A stretch of DNA of 64,000 nt from Colwellia polaris (lineage in GTDB: Archaea; Nanohalarchaeota; Nanosalinia; Nanosalinales; Nanosalinaceae): the NCBI GenBank assembly GCA_047617785.1, contig JBLGBK010000001.1:32001-96000 (forward strand), given 5' to 3'. Numbering within the stretch: the first letter of the stretch is position 1; each line of letters begins with the position of its first letter. The notes under the pieces were generated by a model that searched no databases, was not told where the DNA came from, and saw only the letters and a program-made list of their open reading frames with translations. Of the stretch, positions 1-8,879 are shown one piece after another. The position numbers and the translations under genes are program-made.

Positions 1-42
1 AAAGAAGAACTATGTAGGAGGGAATAGACTCCTCTCTAAAAT

Positions 43-336
43 TTAAGATTGTGATAGGTTGAGTTGGATGCTTGAAACGTTGAGCTCGTCTTCTTCGTCT
101 GTCTCAATCTGGTCGGTTCCTGTCTCGATGTTATCTACCTGAACATCTTCTAGGAAACGATTCTTTACGATCTCTACTACATCTACTGCACGGCTAATTG
201 CTTTTCCTCGTGCTTTAACGTGAACCGTTTCATGCCCTTCGGAAAACTGAGTTACTACAGCCAGAACGTAGCTGTAAGCAGGTTTAGAACCGACATATAC
301 TGTATTGTCATCGTCTTCTGGTTGGTTGTCTGCCAC
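43..336 (-). CDS. albA: DNA/RNA-binding protein Alba
   Basis: Alba motifs VYVGSKP..YV.AV and [17 protein letters not shown]; GTG start after GGTGA RBS. Confidence 0.95.
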   Translation of the reverse strand: MADNQPEDDDNTVYVGSKPAYSYVLAVVTQFSEGHETVHVKARGKAISRAVDVVEIVKNRFLEDVQVDNIETGTDQIETDEEDELNVSSIQLNLSQS

Positions 337-382
337 TACTAAATCACCTTAAACCGGGTTTATGATTTCATTGTTTTATATG

Positions 383-1609
383 TTAGTTGGATTCAGCATC
401 ATTCTGAAATTCTTGGAAATAGCTATCTACGCGAAAACTTAATCTCTTCCAGCCTTCTTCAGTAACCACTCTATTTGCTTTGTCAACCATTTCTATAGTA
501 GCTGTAGAATTAGTAGGTTCTATCTTGACTTCGATATCGTATTCATCATCTAAGCAGTGAGTTTCATCAGCGTCGTCACCATCGTGATCATGATCACCAT
601 GACAATTACAGTTACCTACCTCCTCCTGGCTGTAGTACGCAGAACCATCATAATTCGTGCTATATTCTCCGTAATCTAAATCCAGCGTATAATCTCCAAG
701 ACTAAAGTTGCCTTCGATCAATGAATCTCCAGGTATCCAGGGTATATCTACTCCTTCACCTACGCCTGAATAGAAACTGGAGGTTACGTTGGAATCTACA
801 TCATTTACTGTTTCAGACTCCAGAGAAGACCAATCATCATCGTCTGGCGAGCAAACGTTTTCCTCAGTGTTGGTAACACTTCCAACTGTTCTCCACTCTC
901 TCTGAATATCTTTGTAGGCCCTAATAGTCTGGTTAGCCATTATAATATAGCGATTTGCTCTAACCTGCTCTGTTGTAGCAAAACCTATACCTCCTGTATC
1001 AACGTATCGAGTGGAACCTGCAGTAAAATCGCATTCCACTTCTAAGGGTGCAGCTTCCGGAACCGGGAAACCAAACCCGCCTTCTGGAACCTGATAGTCT
1101 ATCTCAGACCCTATCTCCACAGGAATACTGTTTCTATTATCCTGCATCGCCTCAAATAAGTCGAATTTATCAGGATAAACGTCAGCGGTATATTGTATAT
1201 CCGGTATTTGACAAGTCTGGCTTCTTGAAGTTTGACCATATCGGTTGTTGAAGTATTGTGTAGTTCCTTCCTCTAAATCAGCTACAATACGATACAATTG
1301 AGAAGTATGGGATTTGTCAGCTGAAAAGGCGTCATAGTGCCATTCTATCTCCTCTCCACCACCTTCTTGTCCTAGTTCGTATGATTTCTGATTTAGAGAA
1401 TGATAAGCCCCCATAGGAACATAATTATAGAAATACATATCTGCATATGACTTGGTTTCAGAGACTCTGCTCACGTCAGTAAGGGTGTTAGAAAGTTCAG
1501 TACTAAATATTTCTGTTATGGGAAGTGAATTCATAGCCATTATTGCAGAAATAAGGAGAAGCACTATAAACGGTATTAATTCCTCACCGCTCATTGAACC
1601 TTTTTTCAT
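383..1609 (-). CDS. Pilin-like/pilus-associated surface protein
   Basis: MKKG|SMS + hydrophobic helix (class III signal-like); Cys pairs; last gene of pilus operon. Confidence 0.65.
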   Translation of the reverse strand: MKKGSMSGEELIPFIVLLLISAIMAMNSLPITEIFSTELSNTLTDVSRVSETKSYADMYFYNYVPMGAYHSLNQKSYELGQEGGGEEIEWHYDAFSADKSHTSQLYRIVADLEEGTTQYFNNRYGQTSRSQTCQIPDIQYTADVYPDKFDLFEAMQDNRNSIPVEIGSEIDYQVPEGGFGFPVPEAAPLEVECDFTAGSTRYVDTGGIGFATTEQVRANRYIIMANQTIRAYKDIQREWRTVGSVTNTEENVCSPDDDDWSSLESETVNDVDSNVTSSFYSGVGEGVDIPWIPGDSLIEGNFSLGDYTLDLDYGEYSTNYDGSAYYSQEEVGNCNCHGDHDHDGDDADETHCLDDEYDIEVKIEPTNSTATIEMVDKANRVVTEEGWKRLSFRVDSYFQEFQNDAESN

Positions 1610-2223
1610 TACGATGAGACACCTACATCATAAATGTTCTGCGAGGTTTGTGTCCATAAAGTTATCTCTGCAACTTCTCCTTCTGCAATACTCAAGGGAT
1701 AGGTAACCCGGGAAAAAGATCCTGGTTGATAATCCTCCGGCGCTCTCACTACTAGCGGTTCAATATCTTTATCTGCTGGACCCTGTATCTCAAGATAGTA
1801 ACCGATAGTATTAGGTCCTTTTCTCCAGTATTGATCCATCTTATATTCCAAGTAGGTTTCTATATCTTCTCTTACCTCTTCGCGAGATACTTCTACTGTG
1901 CCCGATCCCGAGGCGTCAGATATGTATATCTCATCTTCCTCACTTGAGAAGTACAAAGAGATAACTTCATAAGCTGTATAGTTGCCGTAAGTTTCTCCGA
2001 CCTCTCCTGAACGCCACATGTAATCGTTCATAGTTGTCGTTACGACCGATCTTTTTCGAAGTTCCGCTAATTGATAGCCTACATCCTCATCCACTTGGGT
2101 TTCAACAACGTTGTCTCCAGGTACAGTCATGATTAGATAGACAAAGATCGAAATCATTACAGCAGACATGAAGAGTATTGTTGAGACGAGTAATCCTTGT
2201 GCTTTCCTAGATTTCATAGACAT
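1609..2223 (-). CDS. Pilin-like protein (start 2223 or 2217)
   Basis: MKSRKA|QGLLVSTILF class III signal motif. Confidence 0.7.
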   Translation of the reverse strand: MSMKSRKAQGLLVSTILFMSAVMISIFVYLIMTVPGDNVVETQVDEDVGYQLAELRKRSVVTTTMNDYMWRSGEVGETYGNYTAYEVISLYFSSEEDEIYISDASGSGTVEVSREEVREDIETYLEYKMDQYWRKGPNTIGYYLEIQGPADKDIEPLVVRAPEDYQPGSFSRVTYPLSIAEGEVAEITLWTQTSQNIYDVGVSS

Positions 2224-2722
2224 ACAACCTCGCAGGTAGTAGAGGGTTGCCTCTAGCCTCACGTACTAAGAGAACAGGGCTGAATACAGCTTGATCTCGG
2301 TATTGTGTTTTTTCTTCATCGCAGTTCAGCTCCCTAACGTTAGTGGCTTTTTGGGCAGGGTCTTCAAGAGGCGAGATATAGAACCCGAATTCTTCGCCGT
2401 CCAGAGCTTCAACTCTCGGCAAATAGCAATGGCCATTATTCTTCTTGTATCCAATATCATCTTCGCTTTCTGCCTGCCTAGTAAAATATTCTACAGGCAG
2501 CATCGCTCTTCTTCTGTTATAGTTGTAATCAAGAGTATAATCAGAGCTTAAAGAAAGAGTATTCTCCATTATAGCTGATCTCTTAAAGTCTCCCTGATTA
2601 TAGCTATCAATATTTACAGAAACACTATTTAAACCGCCTAGATACATTTGAAGAACTATGGCTAAGCCTGTAAGGAGCATTATTGCCAAAACTATTGCTT
2701 CAGGAGCATCATAGGAAATCAT
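2207..2722 (-). CDS. Pilus-associated protein with N-terminal TM helix
   Basis: Single N-terminal hydrophobic helix, Cys pair, within pilin operon; no clear basic leader. Confidence 0.55.
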   Translation of the reverse strand: MISYDAPEAIVLAIMLLTGLAIVLQMYLGGLNSVSVNIDSYNQGDFKRSAIMENTLSLSSDYTLDYNYNRRRAMLPVEYFTRQAESEDDIGYKKNNGHCYLPRVEALDGEEFGFYISPLEDPAQKATNVRELNCDEEKTQYRDQAVFSPVLLVREARGNPLLPARLYVYEI

Positions 2723-2724
2723 AG

Positions 2725-3120
2725 CTAACAGGGCTCCGATTTAATATCAAGCACTGAAGACTCTTTACTCAGACACAAAACCGATTCCACTTCAGTATAT
2801 TCATTTTCACCGTTAACCTCTGTAACGTCAAGATTTTCCAGCGGAACGCTGCCCTCTTCGTCTTGATACTTTACAAATATTTCTCCATTTTCATATTTAT
2901 AGCTAAACCCGCTCATTTCTATCTCTATATGACCCTTTGGCACTGAATTTAGAACAAAAGCAGCATTAGCTATTCTTTCAGTGCGTAAATCCACCGTTTG
3001 CTCCTTAACATAATCGCTGGTATAAGTTTGAACACCATAGGCTATAGCAAAAAGGAACAGGGCTATAAACACCATCGCCAGTATAAACACAGGCTTATCA
3101 GACTGAGCCTTTCTAGTCAT
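2725..3120 (-). CDS. Pilin-like protein
   Basis: MTRKA|QSDKPVFILAMVFIALFLF class III motif; C-terminal Cys pair. Confidence 0.7.
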   Translation of the reverse strand: MTRKAQSDKPVFILAMVFIALFLFAIAYGVQTYTSDYVKEQTVDLRTERIANAAFVLNSVPKGHIEIEMSGFSYKYENGEIFVKYQDEEGSVPLENLDVTEVNGENEYTEVESVLCLSKESSVLDIKSEPC

Positions 3121-3577
3121 CAGCACGCATGAACACCGTCGCTTGATTATTTTCTACTTCACCTGTGATAGTTATTACCCATTTGCCCGAACCTATAGAG
3201 GTATCACCAGTCCTAGTATTTTCAAAAACATAATCGCAAGAACCCGAAAGCTCTGCTGAACCACTACTATTATCAGTCTGCCAGTTAAATTCGTCATTAG
3301 AAGGATCAAATGTCAATGTATCGATCTGTGTAAGCTCAATATCTTCATCCGTAGAAGTTGAAACAGTTGACCGGCTTTCAGAAGCCACATCCGAGCATTT
3401 ATTCTCAGCACTAGGTATCAAATTATCCTCAATAGCCGCCACATCTTCATAATACGCAGTTTGACCTCCTATTCCTGCGACAAAACTATTCAATACACCC
3501 ATACTTAATAGAGAAATGAACAAACCTATCACCACAAATACTACTGCCGCAGGACCAAAACCTTTTCTATACTGCAT
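3113..3577 (-). CDS. Pilin-like protein
   Basis: MQYRKG|FGPAAVVFVVIG class III motif; start reassigned to ATG at 3577. Confidence 0.7.
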   Translation of the reverse strand: MQYRKGFGPAAVVFVVIGLFISLLSMGVLNSFVAGIGGQTAYYEDVAAIEDNLIPSAENKCSDVASESRSTVSTSTDEDIELTQIDTLTFDPSNDEFNWQTDNSSGSAELSGSCDYVFENTRTGDTSIGSGKWVITITGEVENNQATVFMRADD

Positions 3578-3794
3578 ACTCTTCATAACTCTCTGCATCA
3601 TATCCTATATCGCATGCTTGATCAGGATTTTCTGGGTTTTGAAAAAAGCAATCATAACCCTGATTTAATTCAGAGCCCGTGCCATCTATATCTTCTCCAG
3701 CATCGCCAATTACCGAACTAACAAGACCAACAACTAGAGCTATTACTGTGAGACCAAGAACAAAAAGTAAAACAGTATATATAGATATCCTCAT
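3567..3794 (-). CDS. Small pilin-like protein
   Basis: 75 aa, N-terminal hydrophobic helix, C-terminal Cys pair, coupled in operon. Confidence 0.6.
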   Translation of the reverse strand: MRISIYTVLLFVLGLTVIALVVGLVSSVIGDAGEDIDGTGSELNQGYDCFFQNPENPDQACDIGYDAESYEEYAV

Positions 3795-3953
3795 CTAAAA
3801 AACACCTGTAGAGATATTTATTTGATCGGAACCGAAGGATTCAGCTCCAGAAAATCCATTTGAGACCAAAGATAGAATAACTGCTACCGTAGCAAGACCA
3901 ATTAACATTACCACCAAAGTTGTCATACTAAAATTGAAGCCCGGTCTTGACAT
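3795..3953 (-). CDS. Mini-pilin, 52 aa (not in ORF track)
   Basis: Manual translation MSRPG|FNFSMTTLVVMLIGLATVAVILSLVSNGFSGAESFGSDQINISTGVF; stop abuts next start. Confidence 0.7.
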   Translation of the reverse strand: MSRPGFNFSMTTLVVMLIGLATVAVILSLVSNGFSGAESFGSDQINISTGVF

Positions 3954-3988
3954 AGTAAACAATTATCTAAACCCAAACATAAGCGTTG

Positions 3989-4144
3989 TCATACGTCAGG
4001 AAATACTATAGAGTCAACAAATCCTGAAGCCAGCTCAGTAAACCACCCATTAAAAGCAGCGTAAACAGCTGCAATAATCAGTAGTACTAAAACTATTTTA
4101 GACATCGTTGATACAGACATGTTCTGTGCTTTTCTTGCATTCAT
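3989..4144 (-). CDS. Mini-pilin, 51 aa (not in ORF track)
   Basis: Manual translation MNARKA|QNMSVSTMSKIVLVLLIIAAVYAAFNGWFTELASGFVDSIVFPDV. Confidence 0.75.
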   Translation of the reverse strand: MNARKAQNMSVSTMSKIVLVLLIIAAVYAAFNGWFTELASGFVDSIVFPDV

Positions 4145-4151
4145 AACCAAA

Positions 4152-6341
4152 TCACGTTTCCAACTCTATATCTCTCACTTGAACTATAGGTTTTTCTAGG
4201 CCCGGATAATGGGCTGGCGTCCAGGTCTCAAATACTAGCCTAGTAAAGTCTCTATTGGTCTCCATGGTCTTTGTCAATTCCTGACCCCCTCCCTGAATAT
4301 TCCATACAATCTCACCAGAATTCTTAGTCAATGTTACAGTATATATCTCATCCCTCTCGTAAGTCATATCTGTTTCACTATAATCTTGGTTTTCGTAAGA
4401 GCTTCCATAACTAGAACCTGACTCACTTTCGAAGTACCATATAGGAGGTTCGCCCTGCGCATGCGTATTAATGTAAGTAACCGTTTCTCTTCCAGGTCCT
4501 TTCTGCGCATCTATTTGAAAATGCCCTCTCTCTTCAAACTCAAGTTCCATTGTAATAGTCTTTGAACCTTCTGGTATTTCACCATCCCAAGTTACATAGG
4601 CTTCTTGATCTACATTCTGCGGATTAAACCGGAAACCTATTCCAGAATCATCAATTAGACCATTTTCGCTGCTTGGATTTGGAAAAGCCGAGTCATACTC
4701 ATCAGTTATATCCCTCTTTGGATCGTAAGTCGAAGACCAGCTGTTACTTCCCGAATCACAACTGTAGGTATAGCCATTAATGCGAGTCTGTGTTTCTGCA
4801 TCCTCCGTACATGGATACCACATAGCATTAAACTGGCCAGACGGGTTAGCGCATAGCAGATCACCGTACATCTCATTGTCTATACTGCCATCCCGATATG
4901 AGACGAGTAGAGGAGAAGCCGACTCAATATTAGATCCGTCAAGATAGATATTGTTATAGAACTCTCTATTCTCCTCATTAAGATTTTCAGTGTATATATC
5001 CGTCGAATACAACGGCGGTAATTCGCCTTGAGCATTTATTGTTGCGCCTTTTTTGAACCTAACAGTACCAGCAGGATTCCCTATCTTCACATCACAAGAA
5101 CTCGCCATATTACCTTCAAGTTTTGCTCCCTGGAGGTCAAATACGCGATAGTTAGATGCAGTTCCCGTTATCCTCAAATCTTGGCCCGGCGCAGCTGATG
5201 ACGGCACAACGCCATTAAAGTCGATATTACCGTCTTCACAAGAGCCTTTACTGGTTATCTCTATATAAGGGAATCTTTTAGCCAGAATTAAATTTTCTCC
5301 AGCCTCGCCATCATTTGTTGGAGACTGCTTATTAGTCTGTATATAACCCTTATCGCCCGGACATAAAACGACATAACTCTCCATACTCCTTCTTGCCGTG
5401 TTCAAAGCAGAAGCATCAATATATATAGCGTCAGATTCTAGCGATTCACCGGTACGGTCAGTCCAACTACTGCAATATATACTATCTGAGAAATCGCCTG
5501 GCATGCTACCGGCGCCCTCTAGAAACATAGCTCGAATGTCTCCAACTTGAGGCTGGAAATAGAAAGTAAAAGCATCCCCGGAACCGATATACTCTGCATC
5601 AAAGGATTCAGAACCAGCAAACCATCCAATAGCACCTCCAACAGTGCCTCCAACAGCCCCTCCCACTATAGTACCTCCAATAGGAAGAACAGCCGTTCCA
5701 ACTGCGGCTCCAAGACTTGCCCCTGTATAAAATCCTACTCCGCTGGCAACACTGCCTACTACAGCTCCAGCGTCTCCATCTTCAATATCGGACTGAGTAC
5801 AGCTTTGGGAAATTCGATCTTCAAAACTTCCTCGCGCTGCACCTGCTATCCTGCCTTTTTCAAGCCAAACTTCACCAGCAGATTCATCAAGTATTATAGG
5901 TTCTTCAGAAGTTACTTCAAAATTTACTTTAGAATATTTGCCTTCCATATCGTTTCCGCTCTCTCCTGGTTTTATCTCTTCCCCAGGACGCGCCCACGTT
6001 TCGGAAGCTCCTTGACACTCCGGAGTTTGACCTAGATAAGTATGGGCTAGACCGGGATACCCTCCATCTTGGTTTTGCTGCTGTACGTTTTCACAACTCA
6101 CAGCTCTTTGATAAGAGAACTTAGCAGCATCTGATATAACCTCTTTAGCACTTGCCTGTTCCGTTTCTTCAACATCTACAGTGTAATCTACATTTCCTTC
6201 AATTAGGTTAAAACCTTCTTTTATAGAGCTTCCTAGACCTCCGCTTACAACCGTTGTAGAAACTACAGACAAAGTTAATAGGCCTAGAAGGATACCTCCA
6301 ACCATTCTAATACCTGCTCCTTTCTTTTTTTGCGTTAACAT
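4152..6341 (-). CDS. Large pilin-like adhesin with internal glycine-zipper hairpin
   Basis: Likely start MLTQKKKG|AGIRMVGGILLG at 6341; many Cys; internal GxxxG repeats; beta-rich C-terminus. Confidence 0.65.
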   Translation of the reverse strand: MLTQKKKGAGIRMVGGILLGLLTLSVVSTTVVSGGLGSSIKEGFNLIEGNVDYTVDVEETEQASAKEVISDAAKFSYQRAVSCENVQQQNQDGGYPGLAHTYLGQTPECQGASETWARPGEEIKPGESGNDMEGKYSKVNFEVTSEEPIILDESAGEVWLEKGRIAGAARGSFEDRISQSCTQSDIEDGDAGAVVGSVASGVGFYTGASLGAAVGTAVLPIGGTIVGGAVGGTVGGAIGWFAGSESFDAEYIGSGDAFTFYFQPQVGDIRAMFLEGAGSMPGDFSDSIYCSSWTDRTGESLESDAIYIDASALNTARRSMESYVVLCPGDKGYIQTNKQSPTNDGEAGENLILAKRFPYIEITSKGSCEDGNIDFNGVVPSSAAPGQDLRITGTASNYRVFDLQGAKLEGNMASSCDVKIGNPAGTVRFKKGATINAQGELPPLYSTDIYTENLNEENREFYNNIYLDGSNIESASPLLVSYRDGSIDNEMYGDLLCANPSGQFNAMWYPCTEDAETQTRINGYTYSCDSGSNSWSSTYDPKRDITDEYDSAFPNPSSENGLIDDSGIGFRFNPQNVDQEAYVTWDGEIPEGSKTITMELEFEERGHFQIDAQKGPGRETVTYINTHAQGEPPIWYFESESGSSYGSSYENQDYSETDMTYERDEIYTVTLTKNSGEIVWNIQGGGQELTKTMETNRDFTRLVFETWTPAHYPGLEKPIVQVRDIELET

Positions 6342-6523
6342 AATGATAAACTCGTTTGATCCGCCAATGTTGAGAAAAGGCCTTGTAAGATAGTGCAAAT
6401 CCCGTTTATACCTAAGCTTTCAAATATGGGACCTGATAAACCCAGCAACAGAAGACCGACTAAAAGCGCTAGTACTAGTTTAAGCACAGTATCTGTCGGT
6501 AGGCTGCTGGCACCTTTCCTCAT
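6335..6523 (-). CDS. Mini-pilin, 62 aa
   Basis: MRKG|ASSLPTDTVLKLVLALLVG class III motif. Confidence 0.7.
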   Translation of the reverse strand: MRKGASSLPTDTVLKLVLALLVGLLLLGLSGPIFESLGINGICTILQGLFSTLADQTSLSLC

Positions 6524-6566
6524 ATTAGTTTAGGCGTATCGTTCATATAAGGGGTTTTTGGTCAAA

Positions 6567-6710
6567 TTAACTGATAGCGCTATCAAGAGCTTGCTGATAT
6601 ATCTGCTCAACAACCCGATCTATGGCAAAAAGAAGAAGAGCGACAAAGGCAATAGCCACGCCGAACTTCACTAATTGATCTAAAGTAAATCCTGAGGAGC
6701 CCTTTCTCAC
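6567..6710 (-). CDS. Mini-pilin, 47 aa (not in ORF track)
   Basis: GTG overlaps the platform-gene stop (GTGA); MRKG|SSGFTLDQLVKFGVAIAFVALLLFAIDRVVEQIYQQALDSAIS. Confidence 0.7.
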   Translation of the reverse strand: MRKGSSGFTLDQLVKFGVAIAFVALLLFAIDRVVEQIYQQALDSAIS

Positions 6711-8872
6711 GATAAACCACCGCCTATACCCGTAACGAGTCCTCCAAACATTAGACTTATCATAAGAACTGTTATAGTATAGAAAACCATGCCAGAGATC
6801 ATGACTTTGCCAATAAAGAGATTCTTATACGTAGGATCTTCTCCATGAGTAATCTTCATGTAGAAAGTACCTAGTATATACAGAAGCTGTAGGAGATAAA
6901 TTCCTACAACAAACTGCAGTAGTTCTGGCGGAATAACCGAATCCAAGTTATCTAGGAAGCCCAAGCCCGCTCCCGAAGCTCCTGATTGCCCGGCAGGAAG
7001 ATTTCCTTGAGTCTGTGTAAAAGTCTCTCCCAGAGAATACAAGGCAGTAATTATTGTTTGACTCATTCCTACAGCAACACCTGAAATAACAGGAGCTAGC
7101 ATATAGGCAAGTAACTGTATTGTGGTGGTTGTATCCTCCATCAAATCATTTAGTTGTTCTTGCGTATCGTGTATATTCTTCAAATAGCGAGAAATCGTAG
7201 TCATCGCTGTAGCGGCCATTTTATTTCCTTTCTGAGAAGAAGAAAGGACTGCCCGCATTATTGTTTGAATGGTCTGGCTAGGATAATCTCGTATTGCTCC
7301 GTAGTCCTCATCAAAAAGCGATTCTTCAAAGGTCATACCCATTCTTCGGATATTGTTAGACGCATCCCGAAATAGATTAGAGATTTCCATATCCGAAGTT
7401 GACTCTGCAGCTTTCTCAAGAGCGAGTTCTACCGGAGTACCACCTGATATTTTATTCCCTAACTCGAAAAGCGCATTGGGGAACTGGCTTTCTATCTTCT
7501 CAATATCAGACTCCGCCGCTTTTCTTTCCGTATTTCCTAAAAGCTTAGAGACTCCTATACCAAGACCTAAACCTAGAGTTATAGACAAACTCCTGAGAAG
7601 CATAGGTAGCGGTGCAGCGCTTTCTCCTGAAAGAAATATCCCTGGTACTTGAGCAGGATCTAGATTATCCACGGGGTAAAAAGCAGGGAACGAGATATAC
7701 CCTACGATACCGTAAAAAGAAACTACGAGAAATATAGAGAGTCCAATACTCCAAGTTGGTATAGATAACTTACGGCCAGCCAACTCAAAATGATAAACTC
7801 CTCTTTTTGGCATCAAATTTTCATCTGAAGGCTTGGACTGTATGGTAGGAGGACGGCTGCTTAAAGTTTTCTGCATGAAAACATACAGGAAAACCGGCAG
7901 CAAGATATTAAATATTATTATTAGATGTAAAGGAGATATTACGCCTCCAAGAAAGGCTGATATAAGAGGAAGCATTATCATACCTAAAACAGGCAGCATA
8001 GCACCCATTGCGTTTATTATCATAACCGGAGTCTCTAAATTCTGAGCATAGTGTTTCATCTTCTCCTTTGTACCGCCTAATATATTATCAATAGCATCTT
8101 GAAGCAAGTTCTCTCTCCTATGAGTATTAGATTCATTTATAGCTACTTTAATCATATTTAAAGACTCTAAATAGTCGTCATTATAGTTCTTCCACCGCCT
8201 AGTATACTCTTCAAGCGATTCATCTACAGAGCTATATTTACCAACCTCTACATCCCACAAAACCTGCTTTAAATCATTTGAAATAGGGCCCTCTAGATTT
8301 AGAGCCGCGAACCTAATAGCACCTTCTAAATTAGGTGATTGCCTGAGATAAACCACCATATAAAGTACAGAAAATATTATATCACCACTACTACGGATAA
8401 CCTTGTTTTTAGCATCAAATATAGGCTTATAGAAAGTGTATACAGAAAGACCAATAGGTACAGAAAGCGCCACAACCATAAGAGATACAGGTATGATAGC
8501 GCCTAACATAATGTTTACTCCAAACAAAACCATCCAAGCAAAGAAAGAGATTACTGCAACACCAACAGTTGCAGATAAAACCATTCCCGGGGTTAAATTC
8601 CACCCTAGAAGACGTAGAGGAGGATTAAGTTTTTCCTGCATGCCTTCATCAGCACTCAAGCTTAGATATGAAGCCATAGAAGCACATAAACTCTCATACC
8701 GAGTTCTCTCCTTGGAATCTTCTTCCTCCTCCTTAAAATCTTTATACCGCTTTGAATAGAGACTATGACGATCGTAATCATAAGGAGGAAGCTCCATATC
8801 CTGATCTATATCATCCAGAATGTCCTTAATATCCTCCTTCTCGTCCTCACTAAGACCCTCATCATCTCTCAA
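6707..8872 (-). CDS. Type IV pilus membrane platform protein (TadB/TadC, PilC/ArlJ-like, two T2SSF domains)
   Basis: Two repeats of T2SSF-type soluble domain plus TM helices (PNLEGAIRFAA; FPNALFELGNKISGGTPVE); follows ATPase. Confidence 0.9.
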   Translation of the reverse strand: MRDDEGLSEDEKEDIKDILDDIDQDMELPPYDYDRHSLYSKRYKDFKEEEEDSKERTRYESLCASMASYLSLSADEGMQEKLNPPLRLLGWNLTPGMVLSATVGVAVISFFAWMVLFGVNIMLGAIIPVSLMVVALSVPIGLSVYTFYKPIFDAKNKVIRSSGDIIFSVLYMVVYLRQSPNLEGAIRFAALNLEGPISNDLKQVLWDVEVGKYSSVDESLEEYTRRWKNYNDDYLESLNMIKVAINESNTHRRENLLQDAIDNILGGTKEKMKHYAQNLETPVMIINAMGAMLPVLGMIMLPLISAFLGGVISPLHLIIIFNILLPVFLYVFMQKTLSSRPPTIQSKPSDENLMPKRGVYHFELAGRKLSIPTWSIGLSIFLVVSFYGIVGYISFPAFYPVDNLDPAQVPGIFLSGESAAPLPMLLRSLSITLGLGLGIGVSKLLGNTERKAAESDIEKIESQFPNALFELGNKISGGTPVELALEKAAESTSDMEISNLFRDASNNIRRMGMTFEESLFDEDYGAIRDYPSQTIQTIMRAVLSSSQKGNKMAATAMTTISRYLKNIHDTQEQLNDLMEDTTTTIQLLAYMLAPVISGVAVGMSQTIITALYSLGETFTQTQGNLPAGQSGASGAGLGFLDNLDSVIPPELLQFVVGIYLLQLLYILGTFYMKITHGEDPTYKNLFIGKVMISGMVFYTITVLMISLMFGGLVTGIGGGLS

Positions 8873-8879
8873 AGAAAGT

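Noticed and set aside
6342-6398. Extended N-termini from the ORF track (also for 1609, 3113, 12599, 15248, 16827, 18603, 52462)
   Set aside because: They overlap upstream genes; downstream ATGs give proper signal peptides or conserved N-termini
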